Below, one piece after another: positions 9,211-22,030 of a DNA stretch of 64,000 nt. Within the stretch, counting starts at the first letter, position 1, and every line of letters begins with the position of its first letter. The notes beneath the pieces were generated by a model. The model was not told where the DNA came from. It saw only the letters and a program-made list of their open reading frames with translations, and searched no databases. Made by a program: the position numbers and the translations under genes. This DNA comes from Macrostomum lignano (lineage: Eukaryota), in assembly GCA_002269645.1 (NCBI GenBank), contig NIVC01002482.1:62304-126303 (forward strand), read 5' to 3'.

Positions 9211-12200
9211 GAGTCTATGAGTCTATTCTCAAGTTTGAATTGGTGCTGCAACGTAATGACACGTCAGAAAATAATGTCTATGGGCAAAAGGGATGCAAAA
9301 TAGCACTGTTAAAGACATTCTGATTTCACTGGCTGTCTGAGGAATTTCTGTGCCTGTGCTACAGCACAGGCATTTGGCGCTGTGCTGTGCTGTATTTTGG
9401 GTGTTGCATTATTATCCCCTGTAAACAGTTCCTCTGTTTTCCGCCCCCCCCCCCCCCAACTGTTACTGTTACTCGTCTGCTTCCTATTTCACATCCCTTT
9501 TGGCCGTAGGTATCGTCTTCAGGCGTTTCACTACATTGACGCACCATTTTACACTAAAATAAACAAGCGAATAATATCGTGAAACAAACTGGAAGATCGC
9601 CCTATAGACTAACTGGGATGGGTAGGCCAGGCCCTAATGATATTGAGTGAATAAGGGGACAAAATAAAAATTAAATAGCGAAGGCAGTATAATATCTTTT
9701 TGTCTTTACAAAACATCTATTCCTTACTAAACCCTAAAAAAGCTTCAATGCATCTATAATATATAAGGCTTGTTTATTGCATATACAGCGGAGCTTCAGC
9801 AAAGCTATTGAGGTCGGGGGAGAGAACTCTTAGTTGGTCGCCGGGTTTAATCCGTTCGTTACAGCCGTTCGAATCGGTGCGGTTCCGCGTTTCAAACAAA
9901 CTTAAACAAAGATCTCGGCTTGCAGATGACGGGGAGCTCCACTGCTGAGTTCCTCAGGCTCAGGGGGAGGGTAGCTGTGGTCGCGGCTGAGCGGTCTAGT
10001 TTAGCCGACGTTCAGAATGCCGAATGTAGACTTTGTAGCCGAAATGGGTGGGGGCTTCAAAATAAGCTAAATTTGTCGGGAGTCTTACTAATAGTAGTAG
10101 GTCGCTGCCACCACCGCGATTGTATACGGAAAAAGCTCTAAAGCTTACGACTAGCTTGAGTTTCGCTCTAGCGCTTCTCAGTAGACCGCTAAGGGTCAAA
10201 TAATGCTTCCGAGGTCACGAAGGCTAAGACACCGTTTCACACACAGTATGGATCAGGCCGAAGTTAAGAAATGATTGGCCAAGCTGATTAATTATCGTTA
10301 TTTTTGTTAAATGAAGAAATCAAGGACTACAAGCGTATTACTACTTAAATATATTGGCGTTAGATTGACGGGCGAGGAGTTGGTCGGGTCGGGATCCTGG
10401 TCGTACAATTAGGGGCCTCTCGCAATGAGCTGTAATCGAGTCAAGGAGGGGTCAACCTACGGAGTTCGGGGCACGGGCCATGAGAGTCTGGCGGGGAAAG
10501 GCAGGGCGCACACTCTTAAAAGGGCTCTCATGAACCACCGGGAGGAAAGCGGGTTACCCCGGGTGGGACAGGAGAGACACGGGGTGGGGAGAGAGGAGGG
10601 TACACCGGGTGGTGAGGATTAGACACCGGGTGGACCCTATGGAAGAACACTAAAACAAACAAAAATACGGGGAGTGGGAAGGAAAATTACACTAGGCGCA
10701 ACGCGGGTTCCGTGCAGGGAAAATGACGTCAATGGCGCAATTTACGGATGAGCAAATCGCGCGGCGGAAAATGAGCTACAACCGGTGAGAGGTCTTCGCC
10801 TACCACACTATAATGCAGGGATTCCCCGAGCGATATTCAAGATCGATTTTCGGAAATAACAAAAATCTCTGCTTTTAAAGCACCAAACGCCATGATTTTT
10901 TTTACAGAAGAAACATCACCCACGAGATAAACCGACTTAAACAAAATTACGGCTACAGATTGAAAGGATTTTTTAACAATTTGCCAAAAACTGGTGCTTC
11001 CCTATATCCACAGTGTAATAAATTGATATTCAATTTCGAGTACTTCTGCTTGCTCTTTGTCTGCTTGCTCTTTGTCGCTGCTCTTTGTTACTGTCGCAAG
11101 CAATTCTGGCGTCCGGTCTAAATTTGAATTTTAGCTTAATTTTAACAGCATGTGTAGGTTTACCATTTTAGACAATAAAAAAGCGCAACAAAGAGAATTT
11201 CATTTCATTTTTATTGCACATTGTTTTCTCTTAGGCGTGGATCCTAGAAAAAAATAGATTGACTAAATTGACTAAAGTATCAGCCGCGGATATATGCATT
11301 CTTAAAAATTGATTACGCGTGTGCATAAATATAAATGTAATAAGCTATATAGTTTACTTATATTTCCTCACATACACTGGAAACTTCTACGCTCTTTCCA
11401 GATATGACGGTGCTCAATGAATATAGACACCTCTCCCGCACATCCCGGAGTCTATTAGAAACACCATGCATAACGTACGGTAGCAAAAACCAGGAATTCT
11501 AAGAGCTATAACTGCTGCGTTGAGTTGCTACCAGTATCACTTACTAATATACGCTTAATAAACGATTCTCCTCGTGTCAAGCACATCTTATCGGTCTGAA
11601 CTACTATGGATCAATATACGATAGCCGCATTAATTATTAGTCTGCGGCTGTTATAACTTCAATTGCATGACGATTTTGATATTTTTCGAGTCATAAGTTG
11701 GGATCTCTGGTCGCTCGAACTAATCAAAGATACAAATACACAAAGATAGTTCGGATATCGAAACTTATTAAAAGGATATACAGTTCGAATATTTCTGCAG
11801 TGTGGCTAGAACGGGACTTGAGCCCCCCGGTCGCACCCGCCCTGCAGCAAAGACAGACGACCATTCACAAAAGCGTACGGTAGAGCCCAGTTGATGCCAG
11901 CCCTGAGGCTGAGCCCCGGGTTGCAGGTCTCTCTCCAGCCTGCTTTTAGGGTTCAGGTGCTCCTCCCTTCTGCCTTTCTTTTTTTCTGGGCTGGCATCCC
12001 AGCGCGGTTTTATCCCTTTGCGATACCCTTGGGTTGGTAGCAATAGAGGCGGTCGGTCTTCCCGCCTGGAGTCTCCCACTCGGAAACAAGCCTTCCAGAC
12101 TCACTCCAATTGATAAGCCATTTCCGTTGACTTCGGGGTATCCCCGCTCTCGGACCGCTTTAAGTAGTATATCCAAAACTTTTCGATTTCCAATTCTATT

Positions 12201-12519
12201 TCTGAAGCGCACTCCCGAGGACTTGTCTGCTGGGGGGCTGGCCTGGGTGGACTCGGTCCTAGCACCGTCCCTGATTCCACTTTTTGGGTTGGCGGTGCCT
12301 TGTACCATAGGTTTGAAGTCCCTCGCCTCCCCTGGCCTTAGTCAGGGCCCAACTAAATTGGTTCTCGGACTTCCGAGGAGGGTATCTCGGGTTCACGGAA
12401 TTCCCCGTGCCCTTGGAAAGTGCCCCGCAGCGGCAGAGCCCCCTTTAGGGCTGATCCGCGGGTAAGCCCGGCTTCCCATCCCCGTTTAACAACAAGTTAA
12501 ATACTTAACGTTTTCTTTC

Positions 12520-13025
12520 TTTTTCGCAATGCCAACTGAGATGAGCGACTAGATCTAGGGGCAGAGGTCACAGTGGACCGGAAGCGACACAGGTCCCAGT
12601 CAATCAGTCGATCTAAGCAATCATGATAAACATGCAAACTATAAGGGCCAGACTGGTGCCTTCGTGCAGTCTCAGGCAGCTAAGCGGCTAAAACGAGTTA
12701 AATGTTAGTCTAAAGATCTCCAAAGGTGACAATACACCTACATTATCGCTATCTGTCGACGTGTTAACACATTTAGTGCCAAAAGCGTGCAGTTACGTGT
12801 ACTTGTACATGTACTTCTGGGAATTTGGTAATGATGTAGTACATTGGGCGGTGCTTGAAAGCTCGCCACCGCAAGAACCCCCTGCAGAAGTCCTCTCTCA
12901 GTCCCTGCATGGCCAATGCGAACTTTAGTCCCAGCAGTGTCCCTTCTATTCGGCTATGACTTCGAGATAGACAGCTAAAAGACACTATAGATGGCAGGTA
13001 AGTGCAGTGCCCTTCTAGTCGAAAG
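12520..13025. repeat. Diverged dispersed repeat, inverted homolog of 1-480
   Basis: Shared blocks such as GGCTATGACTTCGAGATAGACAGC, GGCAGGTAAGTGCA and GGTCCACTGTGACC. Confidence 0.7.
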
Positions 13026-13895
13026 TCCGATTTCGACAGCTCCGGTTTGGTGAGCCGGGGCGCACGGACTGGTGGCAGCGGGTTAAGTTAGCCTGCCGGT
13101 TAGCTAATTTCTTCTACGTTTCAAATTCTCCCAGCTTGTCTCTCGCTGTCTTCTCTTAGCTATAGGACCTTGCTGCTCGCCCAAAATCTAGCTACCTCGG
13201 GACTGACCATCTGACAGCGAGCGAGAGGCCAGAGCTCTTAGAGATTCATTTCTGAGTTCTGAGGCCCGAAGCTACAGGCTTAAAAAGTCCGAACCCATCA
13301 AGAAATTGATTTGCCATAGACATATGCAGAAAACCAGCAACCAATTTGGTATAAACTGCGCGTTCTATTTGCATGGGCTAAACTCAAAAGACGGAAAATC
13401 AAAGCTTTCCATATACTTTCACCACGAGCAATGCACTGTCATAAACGCTCTCAAACATGAAAACCACATTAAACAAAACAGTCGAAGCACAGTAAATCGG
13501 TGTCAGTATCAATGTTAATATGATTTGTTACACCTACATGTACATGTATTAAAAGTGAATTTCGTCCAGATTTAGGCAGCGCTGAACGTACATCTGTGTG
13601 TGGATCACCCACTGCAGACACTTCGCTGCCGTGATGCTGCTCTGACCTCTCTCATCACGATAAGTGCCATGTCTCAATTTCTCTTGTACATGTACGAGCT
13701 GTTCTTGGCCAGACCAAACTGAACGCAGCTATTTCCAAATTGCTTTCTGCTTTCTGATAAGTCTATGGCCAAACTCTAACTGGCTGACACGTCAGCCTGC
13801 TGGCGAATTCGCACCAAATTCAACACGGATTTCACCAAATATAGCGCAATTAGAAGGTATAGTATTATAAGAATTAAAACAATCAAAATCCTGTT

Positions 13896-14254
13896 GGGGC
13901 CGTAGCCCAGCGGTAGCGCAGCTGCTCTGGTGTGCCAGCGACCCAGGCTCGATTCCAAGTGCAGTCACATTAATTTGGGGCTGAATTGGAATCTCGGCTT
14001 GGCTCTGCTCGTGCAATTAACGGCCTTGAGGGCCAACCCCCAAGGCGCAGTGAAGTGTACATGCCTAACGATAATATAAAGTTAGGGCCGCTGTCACTCC
14101 TGTGTGAGTGTGTGCCTGCGTACGTATCCGCGCGCTTGTATGCCTGCTCAGGGGAGTCGGCGGAATGGGCAGTAATGCCTCTCGCCGGTTGCGTGCCTAT
14201 GTCGCTTAAAGTGCGCCAGGGTGCACACAACCCCCCTGCCTCTAATAAAATAAA
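13896..14254 (+). mobile_element. tRNA-derived SINE
   Basis: GGGGCCGTAGCCCAGCGG (A box) ... GGCTCGATTCC (B box); A-rich tail; 11-bp TSD AAAATCCTGTT at 13885-13895 and 14255-14265. Confidence 0.85.
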
Positions 14255-14934
14255 AAAATCCTGTTTTTAAACATGTAAGAATTATATATAATTGCAAATG
14301 GTCATGGGACTCTAGACAGTCTAGTCTAGTCTAATCTGTCTGACAAGGGCCGCTCTAAAAATTGCTAATTGCACTTTTAATGAAACACCGAAAATTCCTT
14401 GCCCATGCATGCACTTTTCTCAACGGCAAATACGATTTTCCGAGATACTAGTGTACAAGTGCAAGCATACCTTTGCACGTGTGTACGCTCGTATAATAAT
14501 CGGTTTAATAAAAAAAACTTAAGGCATAAAAAACATCGTCAACAATTGTTTCATTGATCAGAAATTCATACAAATTTTGCTATATTAAATAATGAATCTG
14601 AATTTTACACTCACATCTATTGTTAAAATGCGTGCGCGTGCGAATAATTTAGTGCACGTATTACATGCACAGATACAAACGAAAAAAAGATGTTTTCAAC
14701 ACGCACTTGAGTCCTTCAGCAGTGTCAGGTTCAGAGGAGCTTATAAGGCATAAAGATACGCTATACCGACATGCGAAAATATAGTTTCGATTCAACAGTA
14801 CATTGTTTTCTTCATCTAGAAAATATGGGATCTAGAAAATAGAGTGCGAGACAGTTCTGCTTATTTATTGTGGACTTAACTACTAAATTCTGTCTGAGCC
14901 AAACCTTCGGATCTTACGAGTACTGTGTTGTGAT

Positions 14935-15515
14935 CAGGGGCGTAGCCAGAGGGGGGGCAAGGGGGCCGTGGCCCCCCCCCCCAATCACCAACTCTGGCCT
15001 TGGCGCCCCCCCCCCTAAAAGAAACTGGCGCCCCTATAAGAAACTGGCGCCTCCCACTAAAAGAAACTGGCGCCCCTATAAGAAACTGGCGCCTCCCACT
15101 AAAAGAAACTGGCGCCCACCTCCTAAAAGAAACTGGCGCCCCCCACTAAAAGAAACTGGCGCCCCCCACTAAAAGAAACTGGCGCCCCCCCCACTAAAAG
15201 AAACTGGCGCCCCCCTCCTAAAACTGGCGCCCCCTCCTAAAACTGGCGCCCCCTAAAAAAACTGGCGCCCCCTAAAAAAACTGGCGCCATTCCCTCCTTA
15301 AAATTGCGCCCCCTAAAAGAAACTGGCGCCCCCCCCTAAAAGAAACTGGCGCCCCCCCCGTAAAAGAAACTGGCGCCCTCCCTAAAAGAAACTGGCGCTA
15401 CCCCTATAAGAAGCTGGCGCCCCCCTATAAGAAGCTGGCGCCCCCCCTATAAGAAGCTGGCGCCCCCTAACTCACGGCCCCCCCTCCCCAATCAAAATTC
15501 CTGGCTACGCCCCTG
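14935..15515. mobile_element. hAT-type MITE with an internal ~22-bp tandem array
   Basis: TIR CAGGGGCGTAGCCAG...CTGGCTACGCCCCTG; perfect 8-bp TSD GTTGTGAT; about 20 copies of AAAAGAAACTGGCGCCCC inside. Confidence 0.9.
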
Positions 15516-15981
15516 GTTGTGATTCATAATAATTCGAAATACAACATACATATAGTATTAATGTACGATTTCCAGGGTATTAGTTCCATTCAGGGATTTT
15601 ATTCGGTTATATTCAATATGAGAGCGAGTTAATGCCGGGAAATCGTTTGTCTATATATCTTATACGAACTATTATGCAAATACCTTCCCCCCAACAAAAG
15701 CAGGTTAAATCTTCTACATAACTTCGTATTAAAAGAAAATATTCCTCGTAAAAGTATTAGTTGAAACGCGTCGCTAAAATACAAATCTGACAAACAGACC
15801 TTTTAACAAAATCAAGTTCAATCAAAACTTGACACCCATCTAATAAACGACAATTCGTTTCCCAACTAAACCTACATTTCATCTACCTAAAATTAGCTTT
15901 GCATTCCCTATAAAAACACATGTATAGCTACACTCCAGTCGGGCTGAAAGACCAACATCGTTCAGACCTCAGCAGCCGCGT

Positions 15982-16272
15982 TCACGCCGCCCCAGACACA
16001 AGCCGGTCCATGATCTGCTGCAACGACATCGACTTCATATCCTCGATCTCCTGGTTTACGAACGCTTTGTCTTCGTCCGACATGCCTTCCATGAACTTTT
16101 CAACGTCCATGGATCCGGCCAACATGCCCTCCGTTTCCTCTGCGTCCAGCTCCACTCCGGACTCCGCTAGCCACTTCTTCATGTCCGCCGCCATTTTGTC
16201 CAGTGCGTCCATGCCATCGTCTTCCTCTTCTTCTTCGTCCTCATCTTCGTCTTCATCCTCTTCCGCTTTCTT

Positions 16273-16305
<33 letters not shown>

Positions 16306-16929
16306 ATCCTCGTCTTCTTCTTCGTCTTCATCTTCCTCGTCGACTTTTGCTGGCACCCCGGACGCTTGTTCTTCTTCTTCTTCGTCTTCGTCTTCGTCTT
16401 CATCCTCGTCCTCATCCTCAGCCGCTGCTGCTGCTGGCTTAGCCGGCTCTTCTTCGTCTTCGTCTTCATCTTCTTCATCCTCATCTTCATCATCATCCTC
16501 AGCTGCCGCTGGCTTGGCCGGCTCAGCTTTCTCTTCTTCCTCTTCATCATCTTCATCCTCATCCTCATCCTCATCCTCGTCATCAGCTGCCGCTGCCGCT
16601 GGCTTGGCTGGCTCAGCTTCATCCTCCTCATCTTCTTCATCTTCTTCTTCATCTTCGTCTTCGTCTTCCTCCTTTTTAGCGGCGGTGGCAGCGGCCGGTT
16701 TCTCTTCTTCTTCATCTTCGTCGTCTTCCTCATCCTCATCGTCCTCATCAGCATCCTGGTCAGCAGCGGGTTTCTTAGCGTCCGTTTTCTGCTCTTCTTC
16801 TTCTTCTTCGTCCTCTTCGTCCTCGTCGTCTTCTTCATCTTCCTCTTTTTGCACTGGCGGCGGCGGCTCTATTTTCTTGCTGTCCTCTTCTTTGGTCTTC
16901 TTTGCAGCGTCAGTTTTCTTGTCCGCCAT
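15982..16929 (-). CDS. Uncharacterised highly acidic (D/E-rich) protein, 315 aa, single coding exon
   Basis: ATG-to-TGA ORF. Repeated modules of poly-D/E plus AEPAKPAAA, third-position variation in the acidic runs and a non-repetitive ~78-aa C-terminal domain. Confidence 0.75.
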
Positions 16930-17112
16930 GCCTTCTCGATTGCCGAATTGAGAAACAAGCGTGAGCGAGAGGGGCTATCGAATCACTACGGGTTTCTGCT
17001 CACATCTCCGTGACTTAACTGGGGAGCGGCTGCCTACACCGACTTGAAATAGGCCAACCCCGCGTCCCCACCAACCCCGCGTCCCCATCTGCAACTCTGC
17101 TGCAGATGTCGT

Positions 17113-18535
17113 CAACGACATCTGCAGCAGAGTCCTGTCCCGCTGCCGCATGCTGTCCTGCCTCGCGGCTCGGGACTGGGGTTGGCGCAAGGAGCGCCTT
17201 CGCGGCGTCTACCTGGCTATGCAGCAGAGCCTTCTTAACTACGCGGCCCCGGCTTGGCAACCTTGGCTTTCCAGCACCTCCTTCGAGCGCCTTGAGCGCG
17301 CGCAAAACCAGGCCCTCAGAATCGTCACGGGCTTGCACCGCTCGGCGCCGCTTGACGCTGTGCACCTGGAGGCCGGCATCGGCAGCTACAGGAACACCAG
17401 CGACCGCCTTTGCCTCATCGCCAGGGAACGCGCGCTCAGGCTGCCCAACGACCATCCTCGCGCCATCGCCCTCTCGGGCACCGTGCAACACCGGCTCGCC
17501 CGCAGTAGCTGGAGACTCCGCTCGGCTCAGCTTGCCAATGGCCTTGGCATTGATCTCACGCCGCGTCTGCCGCTCACACCGGCCTTCCCATGCCCCTGGC
17601 TGGACCAACATCTTCCGGCGATCCTAGCTGACAATCCTTTGCCTCCGGCCACCACGCCCCCGTTGGAGCGCTGTCTTGCCGCTCTCGACGTCATCCGGTC
17701 TCACCCGGCTGAGCTCGTCATTTACTGCGATGGTTCGGCGGCCGGCGGCTCCGAGGCTGGCGGGGCGGCCGCTGTGGTCACCATCGGAGACCCGGCAGTC
17801 CCGACGACCGTGGAAGCCCGCACGTCCGCTGGCAGCCGCTACACCAGCTCCTTTGAAGAGGAACTCCGCGCTCTGGTCCTAGCCCTCGACTACCTCCGCT
17901 CGCACCCCACGCGCCCTGCCATCATCTGCTCTGACAGTCAGTCTCTTCTGCGCGCCCTTCAGCGTCCCTTCAGCCGCCTGGCCTCTTCCCTCCGCTTCCC
18001 GCACAACTGCCGCGCTCTCCTGTGGGTCCCGGGTCATGTCGGCATTCCGGGCAATGAACTCGCGGACCGCGCTGCTAACTCCGCTGCCGCCAACGCCGAT
18101 GAAGCACCGCGCCCCAGCATCAGTTTTCCCACTGCCGCCTCGGTGATCCGCCGCACTCTGGTTGACAAGCCGGTCACCCACGCGAGATCTCGTCTCACCT
18201 ATGCCTCCGCCGACGCCGAAAAGGAACGTCGGCTTATTACTAACCGCAAAGACGCTGTCCTTCTTGCCCGGCTGCGCTCCGGCCACTCCAGCCTCTTCGG
18301 AGCCTTCCGCGCCCTCATGGACCCCACGGTGGATCCGACGTGCCAAAGGTGCTTCCTCGAACCAGACACCCTTGAGCACTGGACAGCGTGCCCTGCTCTC
18401 GAGGCCGCCCGCCGTCGCTTCATTGGAGCTCCGCTCTCCCTCAGCAACTTGTCCGATTACCCTGATGGTTTGGTCGCGCTGGCCAGGTTCTGCATGGATC
18501 CTGGGCGCGTTTGGGCCAACTAACAACAACAACAA
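17113..18535 (+). mobile_element. 5'-truncated non-LTR retrotransposon (I-group/ingi-like: RT thumb, RNase H, CCHC)
   Basis: ORF 17150-18523 with LERAQNQALRIVTG, RNase H IYCDGS / EEELRAL / CSDSQS / WVPGHVGIPGNELAD, and knuckle CQRC..EHWTAC. (CAA)n tail directly after the stop. Confidence 0.9.
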
Positions 18536-19456
18536 TCCCCACCAGCAAGCCACCGTTCCCCAAGCCGAGCATTCCACTCTGCTCAGGCAAATTGCTTTCC
18601 TTCCCCATGCAGCAGAGAGACGGGCATGGCGGGAGGGGGTTAAAGGGGAAAAACTCTCCCCCATCGTCCCAGCGTCCCCTTGTCTTTGAGGAGGGAGCTC
18701 CCAGGACTCTATGGGAGCGACAGGCGGAGCTGCTGCAGGCCAGCCAACTCTGCGGTTGCTGCACGTCGCAAAAGGGGGGGGGGCGATGGAGTTTTGAAGG
18801 CGGCTGGGGACCGGACAGCCACCCCTCTCACTAAGCAACCTGTTCATTGTTCTTCTGCCTCCGTCAGCCTGCAGGACCTCCTCTATTTCCTTCCAAAATT
18901 TTCTGCCCCATCTCTTCCTCCTTCGTCATGAAGCGGCACGGGAAGCTGGAGAGCAGCATGGCTGCAAATTAAAAAACACAGCGTAAGGTGAGTAGGAAGG
19001 GTTTGTCCGCTGCCGGACGCTGCAACTCAGACATTCAATTATTAGAACTTCCAGCGGGCTGAATATTTGATTAGAAAATACGAGAATGCGGAGCGACTGC
19101 CAGTGTCAGCGCAGAGCAGGGGGTGGTACTTAAAGGGACTCAAACTGCTTATTCGGCTCATTTTGGCAACTTGGAGGAGGAGAGCGATGGGGTGGCTGGC
19201 CGGGCTGCTGAGGACTCGGCAACGGGCATTGTTTGTTGCTTTGTTGAGTCAAAGCCTGTCGGGCACGTCCGTTGCCATGGCCAGTCAGCCACCCCCCTGC
19301 TCAACTTGAAGGGCGAGAGAAGCCTTAGTTACCTGTTTTAACTGTACGATTGCAAGCTCAGGCCATGCATGCTCTGAATCCTCTGGTCTGGGATCGGATA
19401 TCAACTTAGCAGAAACTTTTCTAAGCTTAAAGTTCTAATACCTCGATGCGAAATTG

Positions 19457-20450
19457 TTCAGGGAAATATGGGTAGCTTCAGGGTACTATGGGTAGCTTCA
19501 GGGTAATACGGGTAGCTTCAGGGTAATATGAGAAGCTTCAGGGTAATATGGGTAGCTTCAGGGTAATATGGGTAGCTTCAGGGTAATATGGGTAGCTACG
19601 GGGTAATATGGGTAGCTTCAGGGTAATATGGGTAGCTACGGGGTAATATGGGTAGCTTCAGGGTAATATGGGTAGCTTCAGGGGAATATGGGTAGCTTCA
19701 GGGTAATATGGGTAGCTTCAGGGAAATATGGGTAGCTTCAGGGTACTATGGGTAGCTTCAGGGTAATATGGGTAGCTTTGGGGTAACATGGGTAGCTTCA
19801 GAGTAATATGGGTAGCTTCAGGGTACTATGGGTAGCTTTAGGGTAATATGGGTAGCTTCAGTGGAATATGGATAGCTTCAGGGTACTATGGGTACCTTTA
19901 GGGTATTACGGGTAGCTTCAGGGTATTACGGGTAGCTTCAGGGTGATATGGATAGCTTCAGGGTATTACGGGTAGCTTCAGGGTATTACGGGTAGCTTCA
20001 GGGTAATATGGGTAGCTTTGGGGTAACATGGGTAGCTTCAGAGTAATATGGGTAGCTTCAGGGTACTATGGGTAGCTTTAGGGTAATATGGGTAGCTTCA
20101 GTGGAATATGGATAGCTTCAGGGTACTATGGGTACCTTTAGGGTATTACGGGTAGCTTCAGGGTATTACGGGTAGCTTCAGGGTGATATGGATAGCTTCA
20201 GGGTATTACGGGTAGCTTCAGGGTATTACGGGTAGCTTCAGGGAAATATGGATAGCTTCAGGGTAATACGGGTAGTTTCAGGGTACTATGGGTGGCTTCA
20301 GGGTATTATGGGTAGTGTCAGTGGAATATGGGTAGCTTTAGGAAATATGGGTAGCTTCAGGGGAATAAGGGTAGCTTCAGGGTATTACGGGTAGCTTCAG
20401 GGTATTACGGGTAGCTTCAGGGGAATATGGGTTACTTCAGGGAATATGAG
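19457..20450. repeat. 20-bp minisatellite (GGGTAATATGGGTAGCTTCA)
   Basis: About 49 units, with a 240-bp internal duplication. Confidence 0.95.
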
Positions 20451-21043
20451 CAGCGTCAGGGGGAATACAGCATTCCTATTTCTCTACTATAGGTAGAATC
20501 AAGAGAAATATGTGGGACTTTTATACAGCCACAGTTACAGCAACAGCAGGCAATCAAAAGCAGTGTACTAAATTTTTTGATAAGAACGAGGCGCTAAAGT
20601 TTTGAGGAGTTGATTATTCACAATAGAGTTTTGTCAAAGGGATTTTTTTGTGCCTGTGACGAACGCCTTTGATATACAGTGCGTTTGAGTTGCTAGGAGA
20701 TTGTTGGTTTCTATAGCTCTCCAAAATCTCGATATATTGCATAAATTTGAACATGATCAAAGGCTTATGGTAATTTGACCATTGATCTGATAAACAAATA
20801 TTCTTGGATGGTTATGATATTATTTTGTCTTTTCTTTACGGAGTGCGCAGTTGAAATTGTCTGGCATCAAGCCATGAATGAAATAATGGCAGGGATTGCA
20901 CTGAAATGGATTCTTTACTTTCGTTTAAAAATGTCTTGAAAAATAATTATTTCATAATTATGATATAAAAATACAGAAATAGTGCATTTGATAGCTAATT
21001 GTAATTATAATTTAAATAGACTTATTCGTGTATTAAAAAGTGG

Positions 21044-21898
<855 letters not shown>

Positions 21899-22030
21899 GC
21901 AGGCAGGCGACTTCATCGAAAGTTGTTATCTTTTAGTGTCAGTGTCAGTGTTAGCAGTGTCATTGCAAACAAGAAATTCGAAAACGATTTTTTCAATATT
22001 TGAAGTTAGCAACTCTGGACACCGAGCCGT

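Noticed and set aside
13896-13970. tRNA-like sequences here and at 27416-27490
   Set aside because: No complete cloverleaf or acceptor stem; they continue into SINE bodies.
16179-17013. Overlapping K/R/M-rich, poly-S and F/I-rich ORFs around the acidic gene; antisense ORFs over pol, LINE, kinesins and IAH1
   Set aside because: Shadow frames of real coding sequence or of triplet-repeat codons.
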